Of a stretch of 64,000 nt of DNA, positions 25,695 to 36,290 are shown piece after piece. The translations under genes and the position numbers were made by a program. The DNA lies in NCBI GenBank assembly GCA_965649765.1, contig OZ287751.1, positions 88,660,001 to 88,724,000 of the forward strand, read 5' to 3'. The notes beneath the pieces are model-generated. The model saw only the letters and a program-made list of their open reading frames with translations, had not been told where the DNA came from and ran no database searches. Each line of letters starts with the position of its first letter. Within the stretch, counting starts at the first letter, position 1. Origin of the DNA: Bispira polyomma. Taxonomy: Eukaryota.

Positions 25695-26681
25695 CTAACA
25701 GAAATGAGGAATTGTGGAAGCAAAAGTGAGGGGAACTACAGAAGCTGCTTCTGAAGTTTGTTGTAGGTAGGTCCACACAGCTGAGGACCTCCACAAGCCA
25801 AGAGACATGATGTTTTGGAGAGAGACATTATTATTGAATGCGTAAGTGGCACCTGAGTGCCTGAAAGTGTGAAAGCCGTGAGTTTTATAGTCTATGCCTA
25901 TGTGTTCTAATATCTTTTGCAGAGCTGCCCTCACATGAGATTCCACAATTGGGTGAAAAGGTGGAGAAGCAAATGTAAATAAAGGTGCACTAGGTGGAAG
26001 GTGCCTAGAAGCAATCAGCTTCTTGAGAGCTAATACTGGGCAAAGTATGTTGTTTTTAAGCCCAGGGATCTGTATTGTGTGTGTGTTCGTCCTGTTCTGT
26101 AAATTTTTGGCCCATTTCAGGGTAATGTGTGCACCAGGTGGGGCAAATATAAGGTCTTGCCTAAGGAAATGTCTAGTGGAATCAAATGCTGATCTTGAGT
26201 GTGGGGCTATGTTAGAAAGCCTTAAGAAAGCAAAGAAAGCCAACAGAAAGATGGCCCTGAAGAGTATGGGGTCTTGCAGAATGTCGCATGCTTTGGAGAT
26301 ATTGGCCATTTGTTGTATGTCAAAAATACCTCTGTGTTTTGATCTGAAAGCTGAATTGTGTGTCAAGCTTCTCAAAAATAACTGAATGTATTTGTGAGAT
26401 AAAGGTGTGGCATCTAATTGGAATTTCTGTGTCATGTACTTTATGGCTGCGACATAATTATTTACTGCTCTAGGTGAAAGGCCAGCTTGTACCAAGTATT
26501 CTAAAAATACCAAGACTGAATGAACAGTGACTTGCTGAATGCCCACAAAGTGGTTAAACGCTAAAAATGTGTTGAATTGTCCTTTGTAAGCACTAGCAGT
26601 CTTGGGTCTAATGGCTGTGTCAATCCTGTTCCAAGCTGAGGCCATGAACTTGCTGCTGATATTGGTGGCTCCTACAATCAT
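25695..26681 (-). CDS. Tyrosine recombinase of DIRS copy 1 (intact ORF)
   Basis: Catalytic set present: FLRLSN (R), LKWAK (K), HTFR (H-x-x-R), GLWRS (W), VWTY (Y); 328 aa. Confidence 0.93.
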   Translation of the reverse strand: MIVGATNISSKFMASAWNRIDTAIRPKTASAYKGQFNTFLAFNHFVGIQQVTVHSVLVFLEYLVQAGLSPRAVNNYVAAIKYMTQKFQLDATPLSHKYIQLFLRSLTHNSAFRSKHRGIFDIQQMANISKACDILQDPILFRAIFLLAFFAFLRLSNIAPHSRSAFDSTRHFLRQDLIFAPPGAHITLKWAKNLQNRTNTHTIQIPGLKNNILCPVLALKKLIASRHLPPSAPLFTFASPPFHPIVESHVRAALQKILEHIGIDYKTHGFHTFRHSGATYAFNNNVSLQNIMSLGLWRSSAVWTYLQQTSEAASVVPLTFASTIPHFC

Positions 26682-29309
26682 ATGGACAAATTAAGATTAA
26701 AGTACTCTAAAGGAACTTGTTTATAATTGAATTTTGTGTTCAACATATTCAACGTTTCTACAGTAGGTGGATGTGCTGAATAAATTCTGGATAAAGCGTC
26801 CGCTATTATATTCTGTTTGCCAGGGATATGTTCAATGTCAAGTGTTATGTCAAATGAAGCTGCTAGTCGCAATGTATGGTTAACTTACTATGGGCCCAGT
26901 CATATGCCCAAATCCTCATAGCTATTACAATGTTCAGCATCTCGAGATGTGCTATATTTAATTCACGGTTGTAACAATTGTGAATTGGAGTGGCATAAAT
27001 TTGGTCGCCCCAAACGCCTCCAAAGCCCATAAGGCACGCATCGAGGTGAAGCTCGTTCGCATGTGGTATTATGGTAGGTTCAATATATGTAACTCAATTA
27101 TGCATTCGTAGGAATTTTAAGAACCATTCCAAATCACGTTTCATTTCTGAGTTTACCTTAATGCGTTTATCAGTGCTGCTTCTGAAGGCACTGAGGAGTC
27201 TATTTATAAAGGTGCGAGCCGGTTTAACGCATTTATGAATGTACAGTAGACTTCCCAATAGAGATTGAAATTTATTTCTAGAAATAAATGTTTTACTATA
27301 AACCTCAGCACAAATATTCCAAATTTGGGTTATCTTCTCGGTGGTAATAGAAATTGTGCCTTTCCCCACGTCTGTGTCTATTCTCAAACATGTCATGTTT
27401 TGTGTAGGAGGTGTGAGTTTCTCGCTATTCATAAGAAGACCTAATTTGTCCAAAAGTTCTGTTAACATATTGAAACCTCGTTGAGCCTTATGTTTAGGTG
27501 TAATACATACGTAATCATCGATATAACAATATAAGTTAAAACCTGACTTATTCATGAAGTAAGCGACTGCATCTGAGCATCTTTGAAAGGCCCCGCTGCT
27601 GTGCACCCACCCAAATGGGATCGCCGGATCCAGATAGAGGTGCTCATCCCAAACTATGCCCAGTTTGATGGCATCACCCGGATCGACTCTAAGGTTACGA
27701 AACGTGCGCGAAATATCAATTTTAAATAAAGTAGGTTCTGGGGTACAATGAATCGCCTGTGTGATGTCATCAATCGTGGGAAATTTTAGTTTAAATCTGA
27801 CTCCGTCGAACAGAGCTTTGTTGACATTATCGTTCAAGGAATCCCGCTCGGGATAAGAGAGATTCAGTATAACTCGCCTTTTGTCGACATCTTTTGGACG
27901 GGTTAATAAAGGTGAACAGTGTAATTGTGAGGATTGTATGGCTTTGACTGGGCCAAGCATTGCTTCATTTTCTTTTTCTTTGTTAAGATATTGGCAGACT
28001 GCCTTAGTATGTTGCAGGGCAGAAAAATGATTTTTTATTTTGACATTATTCAGACTTTTAGGACTGGTAAGACTTAAAGGGAAACCAAACTTAACATACT
28101 GGATTACCAGCTGATCAGGGTAATCTGAAAATGTGCTCTCCCAAGCACTTGGGTTTAAGCCTGATATAATTGGGATTCTGGCTTCTGATAGTTAGAAAGA
28201 TTTGTGTCACTAACTAGCTTGCCTATTTCGATCATTTTCTGTACAGAATCAATTTTAATGGGTTGCCTATCAGGACCCTGAAATGTGAATTGTGTGGGAG
28301 AAAGGGCAATGAAGCCAATTGTTTTGTCCAGACTATTTATGTCAATACTGTGGTTTTTAGCGTCCTTATATTCACTACTGTCCATATTGTTACAGTTTTC
28401 GAAGAAGACGGTCGGGTGTTTGATTCTAGCTTGTAAGTCGTTCTTACTCACCTTGACCTGTTTGCTGCTTATATTGTTTATTTTAATTTCACTTTTACTA
28501 ACCTTTGCAGCCCTCTCAGCTGCCCACTGTGATTGCTCAATCAACGCGTCAATTATTTTTTCCATGTATGATGTATAATTAAAATTGTAATACAAAGAAC
28601 ACTGCAGATCTCTCTTATGGTAATAGAAATCATTACCTGCCTGTTTCATTAAATTTGGACAATGTTTACCAATGCTAAAATAATCCTTATTCATGGTGTT
28701 ATTTTGCACACATATATCTGTATAATATGTGTCCAAGATCTGCAGGGTACCTGTTGAAGATATAGCTGTAGAAGAATATATCATACAGTTATTAACAACA
28801 CAATGGCAGAGACAGTAGAACCCACTTTGAAACTGTTCATTTCCGCTGCTACTGATGTATGCCACTGGGGCCCTCACTCCACCATAATTTGAAATTTCAT
28901 ATAAATTTGTTACTGAGACCTTCACTGCAATGCTAGGTTTAAAGTGGTTCAGCTGTTTCGGCCAAGATACATTTTCATTAACAGTGGTATGTTTGTCAGT
29001 ATTAATATAGAAATCATTTGCAGTCGAATTGACTGTCGATCTACAATTACCATAGCAACTGTTACTCGTTGCACATATTTTATCAGTATTTCCAACATTA
29101 ACCGTAATACTTGAATTTACAGAATCACTATGTACACATATATCGTTTTCAGAACCTCGCACGTGCACATTGTTGGCAATGTTCATCTTAACAGAATCAT
29201 AATGTTCCCTGCTTGGGTTGTATTTCTTTTTACTGTCTAAATCATTAGTATAACTGCCCTGCTCAACTTTCAACACTAACTTTTCGCTGATTGGCTGACG
29301 GGAATGTCC
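26678..29309 (-). pseudogene. pol (linker + RT + RNase H) of DIRS copy 1
   Basis: KRRVILNLSYP, KIDISRTFR, PFGW, YIDD, HLDACL, HIPGKQNIIADALSR. Frameshift near 28175, TGA at 27094, deletion/frameshift in RNase H near 26870. Confidence 0.9.
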
Positions 29310-30698
29310 CTAACGGTTACTTGTTTGTTCAGAATTTTTATTCAAATTGGACTTAAAACATTTGAATTCTGGATGCACTGCATCTTTCCCCAATGTTTTT
29401 GAGCAGTGCCAACAAATATGCCTATAATTAGCGTGATCAGTTTTGTAAGAGCATTTCCCATTGTTAAACAATTTGCAAATCGTCTTAAACTCATTGGATT
29501 TCCCCTTAGACGCCTCATTGCTGGTATTATTGTTATTTCCCCCTATTAATGCCATTTGTGATGCACTCAACCTATTTAGGGCCCATTGCATTTGATTGTC
29601 CCATGTCAGTCGCCCCTCTTCCACCTCTTGCATGCTATGACCCCAGGCCGAGCGAACTACAGGCCAGGGAAGAGCAGCTGCATCTCTTAGTGTATGGACC
29701 ACTTGCTGGATCATACCTCGCGATAGCGTCGGGTCTGTCACCAAAAGGACGTTATTAAGTTGCCCAGCTGCCCACTGAGCCAAGGATAGGTGGTCAAAAG
29801 TGGGCTTTCTTCTTGTGTTTGCGCCCACCCAGCCCTCGTTCGGCCACCGAAGTTTTGGATCTGCAGTGGTGATGTCCGAGCTATTGTAGCGTCCCGACTT
29901 TTGTTTAGAAGGTGTCTTACCTTGTAAAATATCTTTCTGGATGCCAGCTTCATAGCCCGCTAGCTGACTGGCTATCGCCGCTTGTATGGCTGGAATTGCC
30001 CGAAGTGTGTCCAACTGTGGTGCGACACCGTCCCTGAGAAATTCTTGCTAAACCGGAAGTTGTGTGGCCAAACTAGGATTGGCTGATGAAGTGCTGCTGA
30101 TATGAGTTGCAGGGATCGTCGTGGGTGGATTGGCCCCAGTAACACCTGTAGCCGGTGTCGTAAGTGTGACTCGCTGTGTCTGTGCCGTTTCCACCCTCCT
30201 GATGCGCTTGCTCAGTTCAGCATTTGATATTTCCAACCTCCTAAGGATAGCCAGCATTTCGTTTGAATTATCATGGCTCGTGACTGTATTCGCCAAAGGT
30301 TGTTGCCCCTGAGTAGTCGGTTGCAAGGAAATGGTCCCGGGTAACGTTGGGAAACGTGGAGGTGTGACCCCAGCATAAGTACCATCTTTGTCTACTGTCT
30401 GGTAACCCAGCGTGTGGGGAAGTAACACGTTTGCGTTAATGTTCGAGGACGCACGTGCTGGTGTGGCCTGAGCATAAGCTACTTCGATACTGGCAGAGAC
30501 CGATGAAAAGGGATCTGGAGAGTGGTCAGACGACCTAGAAGCTAGAGCCGTTAATTGTGCTTGCACTTCAGAAGCTATAAAGTCTGATACCTGGTGGCCG
30601 TCGCCCGTTGGGATCCCCTGTGATTTCTTTGTCCTTGCCTTTGTTGTTTTCGCCACGGGTGTCTTCTTGGTCTTGCCCATATTCACCGTGTAACACAC
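29310..30698 (-). pseudogene. gag of DIRS copy 1
   Basis: Two ORFs in the same frame split by TAG at 30050-30048; C-terminal CKLFNNGKC..HICWHC..HPEFKC finger. Confidence 0.85.
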
Positions 30699-31659
30699 TA
30701 AACAAGTTTTTTACTGGATGTATAACAATAAAACAAACTAAATCAAACAAATAAAATTGCTATATACATTCCAGCTCTTGAAGTTTTTGTTGTTTCTAGT
30801 TCAAATGTCGAGTCAATAATGATTTAAAATGGAAGTGAATGGTCATGGGTGATTGAATCTTGAATCTGATTGGAAGTGATCAAATAAACAAGAAAATAGA
30901 GGTTAGGTATGACCTAGGGTTTTAAGGTAGATATAATCTTATGTTGGACTGAATTAACAGACCCCTGAAGTTGTCGTGTTATGCACAGTGTTGATAGTTT
31001 AAATGTTTACAAAGCTTTAAATGCACCAAAAATTTGTCACATATTTTTGATACACACATAATTTCATTATATACTTGTCTGCTGAGATATTGCACACACA
31101 TAGAGGTTTCTTAGTTAATACTTCAAAAACAGCTTATTTAAATAAAATGAATTGCAAATTTATTTAAATTACAAGCTGCCTCTTTTAGAGATGTATTATT
31201 ATTTTAATTGTTGACAGATTGTCGATTTAAATTGGTGATCTCGCAGAAAATTAATATAAAATTGAAATATAACAAATGTTTTATCAATCCCAGATTTCAA
31301 ATGTTTATTCTATGACATTTTTTAAATTTTTATTTATTTTTTTTTGAAAACAGCAAAATGGATTCCTGTTATGACGAAGAAACCTCTTGTGTTTAGAGTC
31401 TTGCATTTTACTTATTCACCCTGGGCTACTCTTTATGTGTTCACAGAACATCATTTTACGTCTTGTTCACAGTTTTCAAGTTTTGGCAAGATATTTATTA
31501 TCTTCTTGGAAACTGGTGACATGAGGATACAAAGCTTTGATGTGACATAATGCTATTGACTAAGTAAGGTGCACAGCCACAATGCACCCCATGATAAAAT
31601 AGTAAGAGACAGTCCATTCAAAACTATCTATGCAGGGTTATTTTTCGCATGGGTACTCG

Positions 31660-32090
31660 CACTAATGTCGCTCTATCCCTCATAAAACTACACTTGCTTC
31701 CCATTCACTACAGAATTTTGTTCAGAATGCATGTCACCACATTTAAGGCTGTAGTCAATCAACAGCCCTCCAACCTTGCTTCCCTACTCTCTTTCAGTAA
31801 CCTAGAAAGAGGCAACCGACCTACTGGTTCTTCTATTAAACTCACCCGGATAGCTAGACCCAGAGCTTTCTCTATCGCAGCTCCCATGTTCTTGAAAAAT
31901 CTCCCTGTTGACCTTAGATCATTTGAAACACTTATCGAAAAAAAACAATTAAAAAAACTTAAAACCTATCTTTTTAGCCTTGCTCTCCCACCCTAGTTCC
32001 CTCCTGTACACCCCCACATTTTTCCTTACGACCTTGCTGTGTCCATGGACTAAACAATTGGCTAACTGATTCTGTTGTTGCACTTTAGAA
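31660..32090 (+). mobile_element. 3' fragment of an L2/CR1-clade LINE
   Basis: LHLLPIHYRILFR..RAFSIAAPMF..NLPVDLR..LKTYLFSLALPP* matches the C-terminus of the LINE at 47804-50654. Confidence 0.8.
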
Positions 32091-33294
32091 GATGCTTGGC
32101 ATGACATTGTTAATTCAGTCCAGTCTGCATGATTATTGTCATTGGCCTTTGAGCTAATTAACCAGTATAGATATTCAACAGTGCTTTCATTCTTAGTATT
32201 AAACCTGATTGGGCATACATGTCATTTTGCCATTCAATTGTTCTTGTATGATTTCAAATCCATGTACATGGAATGATAATAAGACAATCTGTCATTCAAC
32301 ATGAAAGTACTGTATTCAAACACATGTGCACATCATACGTACAAGTCAAACTAATCAGTAAGTGAGGCAGGGTGATTTATTTGAATAACAAACATTTTGT
32401 TTTTAAGGAGAAATTAACTGTCTTGTTTATTATATGATTTTCATAAGATTTTCATAATCCATTGGTTTAGTATGATAAACCGCAAATATTCATACCTTAG
32501 CAAAGAAAGTACTGAGCAGTTACTACTTCCACCATCCATATCCATCATTTGTTACATGTGTGCAGGACATATATGCGTGGATCCATGAAAACATCATGAA
32601 AAAAGATAGATGTAAGGAATAAAATGATTGACATTGCGTGTGATATGTATGGATGGGCTTTTAAGTGTGTATGGAAAAAGTAGGTTAGCCATGTACAACC
32701 TGTTGACATTATACCTGTCACCTGCTTAGAGTTGTGTCATTTTGATGACAGTATGAATTATTCAATCTGACATGTTTTGATTTTGGTGGCAAGGTGAGCC
32801 CTAGTCAACATGGCTTAATACATGTGTTGGTTGTGTTAAACACCATGATTTGCACTCTATTAAACAAAGTATGTGTGTATTATGGCAGTGTCGAAAGAAA
32901 GCGAGAGACATTTATGTTATTCAACTAACTAAGGTTGACACCTAGTGGTACCCTAACCACCACAAATGCTCATGGATTGCATGTACACTATACCAACTTG
33001 TCCATGTTCATTCAAATCATTGACTGCAACACTTGTCCTTGAGGTTTTTGTGAGTTTTCTTTTCATCTCCATGGCCAATTCATATCTCCTACATACAGAA
33101 TATAACTACTTCTATACAGTAAAATAAACACAGTCCCCAGTTTTGAGATGAAAAGTTACTATCAAGACCCTAGCACCTGCTACACCACTCTTTGCAGTCT
33201 TTGCCTCCCCCCCCCCCCCCCCCCCCTTCGTTTTAGACAGTAGTATACTCTCACATTAGAACAGCATTGAACAAAATGCTGAATCACATAGGCA

Positions 33295-33590
33295 TAGTAT
33301 AGTAACTTTTGTAATACCAATACTGGGCAAATGATCTTATTCTCTAAAGTTGGCAATTGTATAATGTGGGTATCTGTTCTATTCTGTAGATTGTTTGCCC
33401 ATTTAATGATGATATGGACTTCTGGGTGACCAAAGGCCACGTGTTGACGTAAAAAGTGTCTAGACACATCAAATAAGGCCATAGAATGTGGGGCAATGTT
33501 TGCTACCCTTAAGAATACGAAGAAAGCTACTAAGAATATTAATCTGTACAACGTGTGTGTTATCTAAGCCCTTGCATGCCCTAGATATCT
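33295..33590 (-). mobile_element. Isolated DIRS tyrosine-recombinase fragment
   Basis: FFVFLRVANIAPHS..RHFLRQ..IKWANNLQNRTDTHIIQLP..ICPVLVLQKL closely parallels the YR of copy 1. Confidence 0.85.
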
Positions 33591-34329
33591 AAAACAATTG
33601 TTTACAATCTTATCCCTGATCTTTATGACATGCTAAATGGTTGTTTCTTAATTAAATAATTGAAACTGTGTATATGACAGTGCTGTTTCGACAAATATAA
33701 TAACTGTGGCATGACGTGAGAAATATCTCTACTGAATTTGTGACAAGCACGAATATACATTACATTTGATAACAGGGTATTCAGAAGTCCAGAAATATTT
33801 AAAATTACTTGTTTGAAAGCAGGCTTTAAAAATTATCTATCTTTTTCTACTGGCTGGTTGTCATAACTAGAAGGTTAAATCCCCTCAAAGGTAATATGTA
33901 TAACAAACATATATGTCTTCTACAAGCATGCAGACATTTAACCTTGAAGCTCTACATTCAAGCTCATCCACAAAGTGCCAAAGCAGTGGAGTTGCCAGGA
34001 TTTTTCATCTGGTACTCCCAAATTAAACCAATATATTAGGTTCTTTTTTGTCCTACCAAAAATTCAATTCGTGGTGGTGGTGGTGGGGGGGGGGGGGGGG
34101 GGGGGGGGGGGAGGAGGTCATTAACATAATATTGTGGTTTAATTGGGGAGTACCAAATAAAATTTTATTTAACAACAAGAATCTATGTTACTAATAAAAC
34201 AAACAGAAAAAAAATAGAAATTTAAATTAATTTAATTAGATTTTTTCTTTTTTTTTTTCAATTTTTTTTTTCTTTATTTTTTTTTTTTTTCTTTCTTGTC
34301 ATTAAATTGATACGCCTGGGCGTACTGGC

Positions 34330-34742
34330 GTTAATGGTAAGCAAAAGTACACTAAGTAGCAGACTTTAAAAGTGCCACTATATCCCTCATTATTGGTCCT
34401 AGAGGTTTGGCATGTGAAGCCAACCTATAGGAAATCATGGGCTGGGACTCTTCTGATGTGGTCAGGTTTGGCCTTAGGCCCCTCCATCAAGGTCATACAT
34501 GGGTAGCTAAACTAAAAAGTGCTTATAACACGCTTATTATTGGTCCTACAGGTTTGTAATGTGAAACCAACTTCTTGGTAATCATGGGCTGGGAATCTTC
34601 TGAAGTGGTCAGATTTGACCTTGGGCCCCCCCTTCAAGGTCAAACGAGGGTAGCCACAGCTTGGGTGCTTCATAGCTAGGGTGATTTGTGTTTCTCTTGG
34701 ATACAAATATTCATCGCTTCTCCAATGCACTAGGTCTAGTTT
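34330..34742. mobile_element. Helentron/HINE-like element with internal ~147-bp tandem dimer
   Basis: ggtcct..aatcatgggctggga..gtggtcag..caaggtca repeated at 34395 and 34542; ends ..gcactaggtctagt followed by TT. Confidence 0.55.
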
Positions 34743-36290
34743 AAACTGAGAGCAAATGAAACTATATATGCAATGAATAGTTCCCTACAAAAACTATTTT
34801 ACAACTCTATAAGAGGCGAAATTTATATGCAATTCTAAGCACACATGGAATAATAAATCTAAATTTCCATCAAACATCTTTATTTTTTTTTGCTTTTAAC
34901 TTTTCCAATAATACGTAACATAAAAATAATGACGTTAGAGAATATAAACGACGTCTTTTATTATGTCAATGTTTCTAAGAGTGACGTCACAACTGACGTA
35001 ATTTAGCTATTAAAGGTCTTTTATAGTTCTACAGGCGAGCGAGTTATAAAAATTGTAGATTAACTAGAATTGTTTCTTTGGTTGGTGCTATCGAATTACC
35101 TGCACACAACCGCTGAGAAATTTAGCATTATAGCTACGTCTGATAACAGGATTGATGGTCTGCCAGAAAGTGGCGAAGGAGGTATGATGGAGACAGATTT
35201 TAGTGAAAGCCTTATAACTATCTCAGTCCACGATATGACAGACAGTAGATTATTGTGATTGGAGCAAATGATGATATCCCACATTGTGGAAGAGTGAAAA
35301 TGTTACCAAGAAACGAGAATCCATTTATGGACTATTTATTATCGGATGGTTATGGAAGTGTATTGGATGTTGAATTTAGTACAGAAGAAAGATCTTATAT
35401 TGACATGGCTGCCTTGCAGTGACTACTCTGGGAGGGCTGCAGTGTCTAATGGATATACCTGATGCCTACGTTAAGGCAAATGACATTGAAGATGAGGATG
35501 CAGTTAAACTTCTGGGAAGTTATACTAGGGCCAAAGTTGTCCGTCTTGGAGGTATTAATCAGACTGATAGCTCTGAACAAAATGACAACAACAAAAGGGA
35601 AAGTATAGTCACAGAGGCAGTCTTAGTCTCTGAAACTGACACCTTTCAGAGAGCTGACATGGACGATACTGAAAGTAATAAGCGGTGAACCCTACAAGAT
35701 TGAAGACTGGGAAATTGACGAAATTCTGCCTGAAAGTGACAGAAAAAGAGTTGCACCGATTTGATTGTTTGAACATCCATACAAAGGTAATGATAACGTG
35801 AATGGCTTATAAGCCAATAAAACCTTTGCCATAGGTGTCTGCCAAGAGCCCAAATGGGAGATTCCTAAAAATAACATAGACATAGACAAATCCTATGACA
35901 GTGACGATAATGGGAAACCATATTCTATGGAGGGTCTTCGTCAATGCCACAAAGTAGCATAGCCAGTCAGCCGCGAAAATGTTATACATGACGGTACTGT
36001 CTATTTCAAAACTATTTGCTCATCACAGCCACTCAAACACCAGGGCTACATCAACTAGGTTATATCTAACTTTATTATATACAGTATATACAACAGATAG
36101 GTTGCCTAGGATTGACTTTAAGGTCACCTCAGGTACTTAAGGTCACCATAAATTAAGTTTTTGGTTCAGGTCAAACAAGGTGAACCTCAAGGTAACACCA
36201 AGATCGTTGCATTGCGATACAGTAATTTTTGCAATGGACTCTTATCTGAAACACAGAGGGAGTACAAGGAAACATCCAACACATTACGCA

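Larger units (their letters stand above)
25600..30760 (-). mobile_element. Ngaro-like DIRS-order tyrosine-recombinase retrotransposon, copy 1 (near full length, defective)
   Basis: Order gag (C-terminal Cys/His finger), long N-rich linker, RT (YIDD), RNase H, YR; no methyltransferase. Termini not resolved, so the boundaries are approximate. Confidence 0.92.

Noticed and set aside
26023-26385. Antisense ORFs over YR, RT, TMEM45 and LINE (e.g. 28285, 36915, 44803, 48658)
   Set aside because: Shadow ORFs of real coding sequence with no recognisable motifs.
25695-26681. Phage integrase or bacterial contamination
   Set aside because: The YR lies in the gag-RT-RH-YR order of a DIRS retrotransposon within intron-rich animal DNA.
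25400-31000. Split direct repeats or inverted terminal repeats of the DIRS copies
   Set aside because: None could be found by eye at either end of copy 1 or copy 2; a dot plot is needed.
34085-34112. Poly-G/poly-C tracts as functional G-quadruplexes (also 39-54, 33206-33227, 36702-36716)
   Set aside because: Simple homopolymer slippage, with no supporting context.
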